Shown in pieces: positions 1 through 12,168 of a stretch of 64,000 bases of DNA (the first letter of the stretch is position 1; every line of letters begins with the position of its first letter). Below the pieces are notes generated by a model, which searched no databases, was not told the DNA's origin, and saw only the letters and a list, made by a program, of their open reading frames with translations. Position numbers and translations under genes: made by a program. The DNA comes from Saccharolobus islandicus REY15A (GTDB taxonomy: Archaea; Thermoproteota; Thermoprotei_A; Sulfolobales; Sulfolobaceae). The stretch lies in NCBI RefSeq assembly GCF_000189555.1, contig NC_017276.1; one strand, written 5' to 3'.

Positions 1-2
1 AC

Positions 3-887
3 AGAACCGCTCCAGTTGTGTTAAAGACTTCAACCGGTTATTTAGTGAGGTATGTTCCAGTGATTTCCGGAGAAGCCTTAGCTCATGCCTATCAGGCAAG
101 CCTAGTGGATATAGCTAAAAAGGAGGGATTGCCTGTAGGTAATTTATCTTCTCAATACGAGTTCATAAAGTTCTCAACTGATGAGGCGTTAAAGATTGAA
201 GGGATAAAGGAACCCAAGGATTATAACGATGCGAGGAGGTTCGAGGTAGAGGTAATGCTTAAGGACACTATCGCTGATATTGGAGGTTTCATGTACGCTG
301 GAAATGCTCCGGTAAGAAGGACGTCAAGGATAAAGTTGGGTTACATGATACCGGCCTTAAGAGGGGACGAAATACCTGCACAACTAGAAGCGCAATTTCA
401 CGTGAGGTTCTCAAATAAGCCTGTTAGGGGTTCTCAAGCTATCTTCAACGTGGAAGTGTCCTCTGCCCTCTACACGTTTTCGTTTGAACTTGACGAAGAC
501 TTGATAGCAGTTCCATCAACTGTGGGGGAAAAGGTCAAGGGTGAAGAGGAGTTAGAAAGGCAAAAGGCTCGAAGGGTTGACTCTGCAATTAAAGCTCTTT
601 ACTCTTTGCTAGCGGGTAATTTCGGAGGGAAGAGGTCTAGGTTCTTACCATCCATGAAGTTGATGTCTTTAGTAGTAACGAAGACTGATTTCCCATTTGT
701 ACCGGAACCTGGGCATGACGATAGTTACATTAAGACCACTGTTATGAGGTTAGAGAAGGCTAAAAGTGTATTGAACGGAAATGTGGCTAAGGTCTATGTA
801 ATCAACAACGAGGGTATAGAAGTGGGTGAAGGGGCCACAGTACTGTCAAGTGTTGAGGATTTGGTAGGTAAATTAAAGGAAAAGTAG
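3..887 (+). CDS. cas7: Type I-A Cascade backbone Cas7 (Csa2), 5'-truncated by window edge
   Basis: Frame is open from position 3 (RTAPVVLKTSTGYLVRYVPVISGEALAHAYQ); RRTSRIKLGY and GGKRSRFLP motifs are typical of Sulfolobales Csa2; heads a cas operon. Confidence 0.95.
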   Translation, partial: RTAPVVLKTSTGYLVRYVPVISGEALAHAYQASLVDIAKKEGLPVGNLSSQYEFIKFSTDEALKIEGIKEPKDYNDARRFEVEVMLKDTIADIGGFMYAGNAPVRRTSRIKLGYMIPALRGDEIPAQLEAQFHVRFSNKPVRGSQAIFNVEVSSALYTFSFELDEDLIAVPSTVGEKVKGEEELERQKARRVDSAIKALYSLLAGNFGGKRSRFLPSMKLMSLVVTKTDFPFVPEPGHDDSYIKTTVMRLEKAKSVLNGNVAKVYVINNEGIEVGEGATVLSSVEDLVGKLKEK

Positions 888-902
888 AGGGGCAAGAGAG
901 AT

Positions 903-3801
<2,899 letters not shown>

Positions 3802-3821
<20 letters not shown>

Positions 3822-4839
3822 TATATTTGGAGATAATTACATAATTCAAGTCGCAACGGAGGCAGAGAATTCAACTATATACAATAATAAAGTGGAAATA
3901 GACGATGAAGAGTTAAGAAATGTACTGAACTTAGCTTATAAGATAGCTAAAAATAATGAGGATGCGGCAGCGGAGAGGAGAGGCAAGGCAAAAAAGAAAA
4001 AGGGAGAGGAAGGGGAGACCACTACGTCAAACATAATTTTACCTTTAAGCGGAAATGACAAGAACCCTTGGACAGAGACGTTAAAATGTTATAATTTCCC
4101 CACGACTGTAGCTCTATCTGAGGTCTTTAAGAACTTCTCACAAGTGAAGGAGTGTGAAGAAGTAAGTGCGCCATCCTTTGTAAAGCCTGAGTTTTATAAG
4201 TTTGGAAGATCACCGGGAATGGTGGAGAGAACTAGAAGGGTGAAACTGGAAGTAGAGCCACATTACCTAATTATGGCTGCTGCTGGGTGGGTTTTAACTA
4301 GACTAGGAAAGGCTAAGGTTAGTGAGGGTGACTACGTAGGAGTAAACGTGTTTACTCCAACGAGGGGTATTCTCTACAGTTTGATTCAAAACGTTAACGG
4401 AATTGTACCCGGTATAAAGCCAGAGACTGCCTTTGGGCTTTGGATAGCTAGAAAGGTGGTAAGTAGTGTTACTAATCCCAACGTTAGTGTGGTGAGTATT
4501 TATACCATTTCTGATGCTGTTGGGCAGAACCCCACCACAATAAATGGAGGCTTCTCTATAGACTTAACTAAATTATTGGAAAAGAGGGATCTATTGAGTG
4601 AAAGGTTAGAGGCAATAGCTAGGAATGCATTAAGTATAAGTAGTAATATGAGAGAAAGGTATATCGTTTTAGCAAATTACATTTACGAGTACCTGACCGG
4701 ATCTAAAAGGCTCGAGGACTTGCTATATTTCGCCAATAGGGATTTAATTATGAACTTAAACTCCGATGATGGAAAGGTTAGAGATCTTAAGTTAATTTCA
4801 GCATATGTTAACGGAGAGTTAATAAGAGGAGAAGGATAG
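3802..4839 (+). CDS. cas8a2: Type I-A large subunit Cas8a2 (Csa4/CsaX)
   Basis: Position between cas3'' and cas6, as in Sulfolobales I-A operons; PSFVKPEFY motif. Confidence 0.8.
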
Positions 4840-5735
4840 TGCCATTAATTTTCAAGATAGGGTATAACGTTATCCCTCTACAAGACGTTATTTTGCCTAC
4901 TCCATCATCTAAGGTGTTAAAATACTTAATACAGAGTGGAAGATTACTCCCTTCGTTAAAGGACTTAATTACATCAAGGGATAAATACAAACCAATTTTT
5001 ATATCCCATCTCGGTTTCAACCAGAGGAGGATTTTTCAGACTAATGGAAACTTGAAGAGTATAACAAAGGGAAGCAGGCTTTCCTCAATAATAGCCTTTT
5101 CCACACAATCTAACGTTTTGCCTGAAGTTGCGGATGAGAGTATCTTCGAAACTGTTTATGGCAAATTTCACATAATGATTGAGAGTATAGAAATAGTGGA
5201 AGTTGAGAAGCTGAAGGAAGAGGTTGAAAAGCACATGAACGATAATATAAGAGTGAGGTTTGTTTCCCCTACATTGCTTTCGTCTAAGGTTTTACTTCCT
5301 CCTTCCCTTTCTGAAAGGTATAAGAAAATCGATGCGGGTTACTCAACTTTGCCATCAGTTGGCTTAATTGTTGCTTACGCTTATAATGTATATTGCAATT
5401 TGATTGGGAAGAAGGAAGTTGAGGTCAGAGCGTTTAAATTTGGCATTCTTTCTAATGCCTTATCTAGAATTATAGGTTATGATTTACATCCAGTTACCGT
5501 TGCCATTGGTGAGGATAGTAAGGGAAATTTAAGAAAAGCGAGGGGTGTTATGGGTTGGATTGAGTTCGACATTCCAGATAAGAGGTTGAAGAGGAGAGTT
5601 TTGAAGTATTTGTTAACATCTTCTTACTTGGGTATAGGAAGAAGTAGGGGTATTGGGTTTGGTGAGATCAGATTGGAGTTTAGGAAAATAGAGGAAAAAG
5701 AGGGTAAATATACTTCCTCAGACTTTAAAGGTTAA
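4839..5735 (+). CDS. cas6: Cas6 crRNA-processing endoribonuclease
   Basis: C-terminal G-loop YLGIGRSRGIGFG; VRFVSPTLL motif. Confidence 0.95.
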   Translation: MPLIFKIGYNVIPLQDVILPTPSSKVLKYLIQSGRLLPSLKDLITSRDKYKPIFISHLGFNQRRIFQTNGNLKSITKGSRLSSIIAFSTQSNVLPEVADESIFETVYGKFHIMIESIEIVEVEKLKEEVEKHMNDNIRVRFVSPTLLSSKVLLPPSLSERYKKIDAGYSTLPSVGLIVAYAYNVYCNLIGKKEVEVRAFKFGILSNALSRIIGYDLHPVTVAIGEDSKGNLRKARGVMGWIEFDIPDKRLKRRVLKYLLTSSYLGIGRSRGIGFGEIRLEFRKIEEKEGKYTSSDFKG

Positions 5736-5953
5736 GGTCAGCATAAGTCAACTCATAAGTTATTAGTTCACACGTTATCATTACCCAATTTTACCTTGCC
5801 CTTTATAACTTGAGCAAGTATAAACTACTGTTGGTTATTATACTAACGCAACGTTAATTATCTGATAGAAGTTTACGTTTTTCTCCTCCGCTTAAACAAT
5901 TTTCTTATCCCTCCGAATCCTTGACAAATACTTTTTATCAACCTATCTAATCT

Positions 5954-6035
5954 GGCTTCCTTATATAAAACATATTAGCGAGATCTATGTAATACAGACC
6001 TAATCGGCGTGCAGACCGTTGGTTTCCTTAGACAT
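5954..6035 (+). mobile_element. Degenerate ~80-bp remnant of an IS110-family non-coding end
   Basis: cttccttatataaaacatattag..agatct.tgtaatacaga aligns with the reverse complement of 46300-46377, the upstream non-coding end of the IS110 element. Confidence 0.65.
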
Positions 6036-6435
6036 CAACATGAGATTTCCTTTTTAGTGTAAAAAAAAAGAGATGAATAAAATATATAAAAGATCAAAGT
6101 AATAATATTTTTTGAAGAATAGATTGTATAAGCTAGAGTGGATCTAATTGTATACCACAAACTAAAGGGATCAAGCAGACTAATAGATTCCGCCCAAGTC
6201 CCCTTAAATTAATTTATACACTCCTATCATATATATACACTCTTTTTCATAATAGACCCAAAAGAGCAAAAAGGCAAGCCTAATATCTTAGAAATTATGG
6301 AATGCAACGATTTTCCAATAAATGCTCATCGAATAAGATGACTGCATCGGAACATCTCCCCTCCTATACATCAAATAAATATGTTCCTCTCATTTTGAAT
6401 ATTATTTAAAAACTGCATGACCTATACTAACTATT

Positions 6436-6459
6436 CTTTCAATTCTTTAGTTGATTAGC
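6436..6459 (-). CRISPR. Solitary CRISPR repeat-like unit (not an array)
   Basis: Minus strand reads GCTAATCAACTAAAGAATTGAAAG, a 22/24 match to the Sulfolobales repeat GCTAATCTACTATAGAATTGAAAG (recalled); no second repeat at spacer distance on either side. Confidence 0.8.
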
Positions 6460-6664
6460 ATGTTGTTGACTCTTTTCTTAGTTCGCCAGCTTTAAAGACA
6501 AAGTAAGATCCTAATCCCAAAAAACCTAAAGAAATAAGAATTACGAAGCTGTTATAGAGTAAATAGTATGAGTGATACTCTTGATTATAGCCAATACTCA
6601 CAGCCCCAATACTCCACCCTAATCCCCAAAGAATAAAGATTATACCAGAAACGAGATATAACAC
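6455..6664 (-). CDS. Small two-TM membrane protein (69 aa), function unknown
   Basis: Two hydrophobic stretches; GTG start; stop codon overlaps the 5' end of the solitary repeat. Confidence 0.55.
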   Translation of the reverse strand: MLYLVSGIIFILWGLGWSIGAVSIGYNQEYHSYYLLYNSFVILISLGFLGLGSYFVFKAGELRKESTTC

Positions 6665-6893
6665 CCATTTTTTATTGATAATCTTATATCTATATACTTC
6701 TGAGGTTTAATAAATTATTGCCTAGTTTAGGACAAAAACTTTTCCTTATATAGAGGGATTTGGATAACTTTAAGGAGTGTTAAGTCGTTATATCACTGGA
6801 ATTTTATATACATTTGGAGTTAATTTGTTCTAAACTATTTGATAAAAATTAAATCAGACAAGGAAATGAAAACTGTTGATCTCTTTCATTGAA

Positions 6894-7191
6894 GTGTTTA
6901 CCCGTGGCGTAACTTTTCCTTACTTTTAATTACTTCTAATTCCGCCACGGGCACCCCTCCTAAGGGATCATACACAGTCACCCTTAAATCATTGGGGCTA
7001 GTCGAGGGAAACACCACTACCCTCCCATCCACACTTTTATCATTCCCCAAACCTCGTGAGCAGTGCCCGTCATCAGTTAGGGAGATCATCAATAAAAACT
7101 ATTTCGGTAATACTATATAAACATAACTAATAAAAACGATATTTAGAAGTAATTAAAAATAACGAGTAGTTACGTAGAAGCGTTACAGTCT
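6894..7191 (-). mobile_element. Non-autonomous IS607/IS605-superfamily derivative (left end fused to tnpB 3' tail and right end)
   Basis: Both ends shared with 57443-57600; retains a TnpB-like C-terminal tail (VVFPSTSPNDLRVTVYDPLGGVPVAELEVIKSKEKLRHG); motif taattacttctaa occurs near both ends in inverted orientation. Confidence 0.6.
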
Positions 7192-7375
7192 CTTTTAAAT
7201 TTCATCTATTATCATAATATAGTATTTATTTTATATAATTTCTAAGTTTTTCTCTCAAATCGGAAGGAATTATAGCAACCTTGTAATTTCTACCCTTTAT
7301 ATTCATTTTTCCTACAAATACTAGGCAATAAAAACCGGTGAACAACCCCGCCCTTACGGACGTGGCATCTCCACC

Positions 7376-8581
7376 TCACGATGGAGATTTCCTGCTTCTT
7401 CCAAGAAACTTACTATACACCCCTTCTGAGAAGGGAATGTATAGCAGAGGTCCCCTGTCCACAGGCTCTAAGGGCAGTCCCGACCCCGCACGAAGAATAT
7501 TTAGAGAAGCATTATAGTCACGATCTACAGTCCAACCACATTTAGGACATACAAACACACGGTCAGCCAAAGTCAAGTCCTTCTTAACGTACCCACATTT
7601 AGCACACGTCTTAGAAGTATTCCTCGGATCTACTTTCACTACCCTCCTACCAGCTCTTTCAGCCTTGTAGGAGAGGTAGCTCATAAACTTAGAAAAGTTG
7701 GAGTGAAGGATATGCTTTCTCAAAACTTTACTTTCACTATCCTCAACCATCTTCTTCACATCAAGATCTTCCACATAGATCTTACCATACTGTTCTACGA
7801 GCCACGAAGTTACCTTATGAATATAATCACTCATCAAGTTCTTCACATGCTCGTGAAGCTTAGCTAGTTTTTCCCTGACCTTCTCGTAGTTTCTAGATCC
7901 CTTCTTCTTTCTAGATAATGATTGTTGCAAAATCTTTATCCTCCTCTCTACCTTATCAAAAACCTTGGGGTTCTCTACCACTACACCATCAGAGGTAGTT
8001 ACAAGTTTCTCCACTCCTAAGTCTATTCCAATCACTTTTCCAGTTTTTTCAAGAGGCTTCTTTTCCACCTCAACTTGAAAGATAGCATACCATCCAGTTA
8101 CACTCTTCTTTATTATAACTCCTTTTACCTCGCCTTCCAACGGTCTGTGAAAGAGAACTCTTATTTCTCCTATCTTTGAGAGGGTCAGCTTGTCTCCAAC
8201 TACCTTGAAACCAGATTGATTATAATTGATAGTCTTCATGATCTTCTTGTACCTCAGTTTCCCCACTTTCTTCCCTTTCTTCTTCAGTTCATGAAGAGCA
8301 TTGATGTTGTACCATAATTGGTTGTTAACCATTTGGAGAACCTTGGAGTAAACTAGATCCTTCCCTTCTATTTTCAAGTCTTTCAACATGTTTTGAGTAT
8401 CCTTAGGTGTTATCTTTTTCCCTTCTTTCCTCGCGTTGTTTACCACGTCTAGCAAGGCATTGTATACTTTAGCCTCAATTTGCATCACTTTGATGAGTTT
8501 CTCCTCTACTTCTCTCGTTGGGTAAATCTTGTACTTGAATGAGAGTTGGGTCTTGTCATTCTTCTCCTTGGCTCTCCACAT
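7376..8581 (-). CDS. tnpB: TnpB RNA-guided endonuclease (appears intact)
   Basis: RuvC motifs GIDLG, VEDL, DRDYNAS; Zn finger CAKC/CPKC. Confidence 0.95.
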   Translation of the reverse strand: MWRAKEKNDKTQLSFKYKIYPTREVEEKLIKVMQIEAKVYNALLDVVNNARKEGKKITPKDTQNMLKDLKIEGKDLVYSKVLQMVNNQLWYNINALHELKKKGKKVGKLRYKKIMKTINYNQSGFKVVGDKLTLSKIGEIRVLFHRPLEGEVKGVIIKKSVTGWYAIFQVEVEKKPLEKTGKVIGIDLGVEKLVTTSDGVVVENPKVFDKVERRIKILQQSLSRKKKGSRNYEKVREKLAKLHEHVKNLMSDYIHKVTSWLVEQYGKIYVEDLDVKKMVEDSESKVLRKHILHSNFSKFMSYLSYKAERAGRRVVKVDPRNTSKTCAKCGYVKKDLTLADRVFVCPKCGWTVDRDYNASLNILRAGSGLPLEPVDRGPLLYIPFSEGVYSKFLGRSRKSPS

Positions 8582-8963
8582 ATTTTTTCAGTACCTCCAG
8601 TGTTACTTGTCCGCTCGTAGCTAAGAAGTAGGAAGGTGACCAGAAGTGCCCTTTCCATAATTTTTCCTTTACTTGTGGAAATTTTCTCTGTATTTCCCTA
8701 GACGTGATGGTCTTGATTGCGTTCACGTACCTGGGTATATTTAGGGTTGGTTTTGCCTTGAATAACATGTGGAAGTGATCCTTATCTACTCCTATGTCTA
8801 TGACTTCAACTTCGAATGTTTTGCTTATTTCCTGAATTTGTTCCTTCAGGAAGTTTATAATCTCTTCATTATCGAACACCTTCCTGCGGTACTTCACCAC
8901 CTGGACATAGTGGTAATAAAGAGCGTAAACTGAATGGGATCCTCTGTCCAATCTGTACCGCAT
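8556..8963 (-). CDS. tnpA: IS200-type Y1 HUH transposase TnpA
   Basis: HFH (HUH) motif, KYRRK, catalytic Tyr in KKYVESQ. Confidence 0.95.
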   Translation of the reverse strand: MRYRLDRGSHSVYALYYHYVQVVKYRRKVFDNEEIINFLKEQIQEISKTFEVEVIDIGVDKDHFHMLFKAKPTLNIPRYVNAIKTITSREIQRKFPQVKEKLWKGHFWSPSYFLATSGQVTLEVLKKYVESQGEE

Positions 8964-9096
8964 AGTTATATCTATTTTTTAATAACTATAAAAAGGTTTC
9001 TATAAGGGGCTATCCATCCCCTCCCTCACGGAAGGGGACTTTCGCCCCCTTAACCCCCGTAAAGTTAAAAGGTGTAACATTATAGTTATCGTAACT

Positions 9097-9300
9097 GAGT
9101 GTAGATAACAATTTTGTTAATTCAGTATAAATTATATAAAGCATAATTTCAATCCACCACAAGATTTATCAGTTAATAAAATTATAATTTGTAATTTTAA
9201 CTATGTTTAAAATTTTTATTGTAAATCAGGGAGTTTAAATGGTACAACTTTAAGGAAATTTTAACCAAATTTCAAATGAATGAAATTATTGATTACACTG
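9097..9300. mobile_element. ~205-bp MITE, degenerate copy
   Basis: Clearly homologous to 38135-38344 along its length; decayed TIRs GAGTGTAGATAACAATTT / AAATTATTGATTACACTG. Confidence 0.75.
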
Positions 9301-9351
9301 TGTAAACCTGAACATAGATTTATTCAATTATTTACACTCTGGATAATTTTC

Positions 9352-9750
9352 TTAACTACGTAGAATTATTGTATTTTTATATACTCTTTCAATCTCAGAG
9401 TCCGTACTATATATTACAGCATTCTCTTTTTCAGCAAAGGCTACTATAAAACAGTCAACTATGGAAAGGTTTTGATACTTAACTTTCAGTTCACCTGCTC
9501 TTAAAGCAAGTTCCTTATTAGTACTAACAATCTTTATTGGCGAATTTAGAATTAAGGAGAGTTTAACATTAGCTTCTTCTATCCCCTTAAGTTTGCCATA
9601 AGTATAAAGGAACTCCGCTAAATTAAGATCTAGAGTATAACCTGCACTTTTACCCGTATAAACCTCTTCCACAGCTTTCTTAGCCTCGTCACTAAGCCCA
9701 GAAAAATATACGTGGAAAAAACCGGTATCAAACAGAATTCTCCTTCTCAA
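9352..9750 (-). CDS. vapC: VapC PIN-domain toxin
   Basis: ILFDTGF, LAEF, LSIVDCF, YSTD PIN motifs; overlaps the upstream antitoxin. Confidence 0.9.
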   Translation of the reverse strand: MRRRILFDTGFFHVYFSGLSDEAKKAVEEVYTGKSAGYTLDLNLAEFLYTYGKLKGIEEANVKLSLILNSPIKIVSTNKELALRAGELKVKYQNLSIVDCFIVAFAEKENAVIYSTDSEIERVYKNTIILRS

Positions 9751-9964
9751 CTTCTTCTTTCCTCAGCTTTACCAACTCCTTTACAGCAGAATCTCCCATC
9801 TCTTTATCTATGCCATATGCGTCCAGGAGGGTCATTTTACGTTTTAAAATAATCTTATCACCCTCAATTTCTAACTCTACAACAGAACCCTCTTTAATAT
9901 TAAGCCTCCTTCTAACCTCAGCGGGGATAACTATAATCCCTTTCTTGTGAACTTTTACCTCCAT
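9728..9964 (-). CDS. vapB: VapB antitoxin, AbrB/MazE type
   Basis: KVHKKGIIVIPAEVRRRLNIKEGSVV AbrB signature. Confidence 0.9.
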   Translation of the reverse strand: MEVKVHKKGIIVIPAEVRRRLNIKEGSVVELEIEGDKIILKRKMTLLDAYGIDKEMGDSAVKELVKLRKEEVEKENSV

Positions 9965-9992
9965 GAGATAGGGTTCGTTTAACGATTATTAA

Positions 9993-10018
9993 AGTTTAAC
10001 TTATGATAGAGTTAAACT
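9993..10018. promoter_or_regulatory. Inverted repeat AGTTTAACT-N8-AGTTAAACT, candidate vapBC autoregulatory operator
   Basis: Perfect 9-bp inverted repeat ~30 bp upstream of the vapB start; a third half-site follows near 10027. Confidence 0.45.
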
Positions 10019-10276
10019 ATTAGGCAAGTTTAACCTAACTAAAGAACGTTTCGGAAAAGGAAAAGTAATACTTTAAAACCATATAACCTTCGGTATTAAC
10101 GTTTTAATCCTTACTAATTCGGTCTTTTTTTTAAAGTTTTAGACAATCATTGAATATAATGACATGATCAAAAATTTATCTAATTATGTAGTAAAATGGA
10201 TTATAAAGCTTCTTATATAAAACATTTTTCTTTGAATTTAGTCAATCTGGTTGCGAGGTAGGTTTAAACTCATCAG

Positions 10277-10332
10277 ATTAGTGGAGTATATTCCACAAGG
10301 TTTAAAATATATTAGTGGAGTATATTCCACAA
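10277..10332 (+). promoter_or_regulatory. Duplicated 22-bp box containing palindrome GTGGA-N6-TCCAC, flanking a TATA-like TTTAAAATA
   Basis: attagtggagtatattccacaa occurs at 10277-10298 and 10311-10332, immediately before ATG 10333. Confidence 0.6.
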
Positions 10333-11574
10333 ATGAATGTTGAAGAAGCTAAAAGGATAGTAGCAGACCAGAAGGAGTTGGTAGAGGAAAAGTTGTCAAT
10401 GAATTACATTAAGAGGGAAGTAGGAGATGTTTCGAGGTTTTTAGTCATCCCTAACGTCTTTGCAATACTCGGAGTTAGAAGGTCTGGGAAATCCACATTA
10501 TCCTTAATGCTAATGAAGGAATTAAACGTAAAATTCGCTTATTTGAACTTTGACGATGAGAGCCTTTACGGGTTAACTACTAAAGATCTAAAGAGTATAG
10601 AACAAGCTATTTATGAGGTTTACGGTAATGATGTGAATTATTTAATCTTTGATGAAATACATAACGTTAAGGGATGGGAACTTTTCGTTTCTAGATTTAG
10701 GGAAACTAAAAGGATAGTGATAACCGGAAGTAACTCAAGAATGTTATCGGGCGAACTCGCAACTTCACTTACCGGTAAGCATTCCGATTTCATACTCTTC
10801 CCTTTTTACTTCAGAGAATACTTGAGATTTAAGAAGGTGAGCGAAGAAGTCCCGATGTCTACAAGGAGAATAGCTGAGGTAAAGGTGGAGTTAGAGAAGT
10901 ATATGGAAGTTGGAGGTTTTCCAGAAGCATTAATAATAGGTAAGGATCAGATTGACGTAATTTATAATGATATATTATTTAAGGATGTGGTCTTCAGATA
11001 TAAGATTAGGGAGTTGGAGAAGTTTAAAGACTTCTCGAAGAGCTTAATTTCGTATTACTCAACGGAGGTTTCCCTTTCTAAATTAGCGAAAGTGATAGGA
11101 GTCGATAGAAAAACAATAGACTTGTGGTCTTTCGGTCTCGAAAACGCTTACCTAATCTATTTCTTACCTAGGTACGGTGAAAATCCTAGGGAGAGGTTGA
11201 CGTTTAATAAGAAAGTATATGTAGTAGACCCTGGCTTAATTTCGAGAGTAGCTATGAGGGCTAAGGATAAGGGGAGGGTTATGGAGAATTTAGTTGCTTT
11301 AAAGCTGTTCAGAGATAACCAATTAAAAGGACTGTATTACGTTAAAGGTAAGGACTTCGAAATAGATTTTTATGACGAAATTAACTCGCGTCTGCTGCAA
11401 GTGACTTACGCTTCAGATAAGATCGAAGAGAGGGAGATAAGATCTCTTCTAAAGGCTGAGGAAATGTTAAGAGCTAAGGAGTTAATAATGATCACTTACG
11501 ATATTGAGGGCGAAGAGGAAAGGGAGGGTAAGAAGATAAAACTCATCCCCTTATACAAGTTTTTATTGACCTGA
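10333..11574 (+). CDS. Archaeal AAA+ ATPase (AAA_14 + DUF4143 type)
   Basis: GVRRSGKS Walker A, IFDEIH Walker B, ITGSNS, C-terminal EIDF..LLQV nuclease-like tail. Confidence 0.85.
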   Translation: MNVEEAKRIVADQKELVEEKLSMNYIKREVGDVSRFLVIPNVFAILGVRRSGKSTLSLMLMKELNVKFAYLNFDDESLYGLTTKDLKSIEQAIYEVYGNDVNYLIFDEIHNVKGWELFVSRFRETKRIVITGSNSRMLSGELATSLTGKHSDFILFPFYFREYLRFKKVSEEVPMSTRRIAEVKVELEKYMEVGGFPEALIIGKDQIDVIYNDILFKDVVFRYKIRELEKFKDFSKSLISYYSTEVSLSKLAKVIGVDRKTIDLWSFGLENAYLIYFLPRYGENPRERLTFNKKVYVVDPGLISRVAMRAKDKGRVMENLVALKLFRDNQLKGLYYVKGKDFEIDFYDEINSRLLQVTYASDKIEEREIRSLLKAEEMLRAKELIMITYDIEGEEEREGKKIKLIPLYKFLLT

Positions 11575-11597
11575 TTTAGGTAGACAAGAGTAAGAAA

Positions 11598-11941
11598 CTG
11601 ACGTCTCCCCGCCTTGGAAGGGACGAGGGGTGTCCCTCCCAGAGGGCTCATCGTTCCCACCATCGATTCGGGATTACATCTCTCATTTGGTGGGCAGTAG
11701 GGGGCGCCAGAACTCCCCCCCATATGAAGAGAAGGGACTTTCATAGCCGAGCTCTAGTCCCTTAAAGGAAGGAGATGCTAGATGATCCTCCCACAGTCAC
11801 ATTAAGCCCTCAATTGAGCTGGGGAGGAGCGCCATTAGCATCACTAAGAGAAAATTAGGAAAAAGAAGTATTTAAATATAAGGGGCTATCCATCCCCGCT
11901 GGCGAGGCTTTCCGCCCCCTTAACCTCCAATTTTTGTAATC
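11598..11941 (-). mobile_element. ~344-bp IS200/IS605-derived non-autonomous element (SMN1-like)
   Basis: Left-end hairpin shared with IS605 ends, tnpB 3' tail, right end GGAGACGTCAG; diverged homolog of 19907-20248. Confidence 0.8.
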
Positions 11942-12168
11942 TCACCTTTATATCGTGTAAAGACCTAATGTGAAATTAAATTCCTCTTCTCCTCTATAAT
12001 TTCCCTTTGATTAACAATAATTCTCTTTAATTCCTCAACATTCATTATGTACTATGCTACAGTAACTCTTTATAAACTTACCATATTATACTACAGTAAG
12101 TTAACGAGATCTTGTTGAAATGCGATACACAGTACAAAACTTAAAGTTTAAAATAGCAAGAGTTAAAT

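Larger units (their letters stand above)
7338..9064 (-). mobile_element. Complete IS200/IS605 element (ISC1733-like, 1727 bp), tnpA + tnpB
   Basis: Left end CTTTACGGGGGTTAAGG preceded by TTTAA, subterminal hairpins, right end GGGGTTGTTCAC; no TIR or TSD. Confidence 0.9.

Noticed and set aside
6709-6730. 12-nt match (TTATTGCCTAGT) to the predicted guide of the 7338-9064 TnpB, near a TTTAA
   Set aside because: Register is off by 2 nt from the TAM and the TAM-proximal seed is mismatched; likely chance in AT-rich DNA.
11496-11744. ORFs 11496-11744, 20004-20252 and 6898-7092 as real genes
   Set aside because: They are residual TnpB C-terminal frames inside non-autonomous elements.
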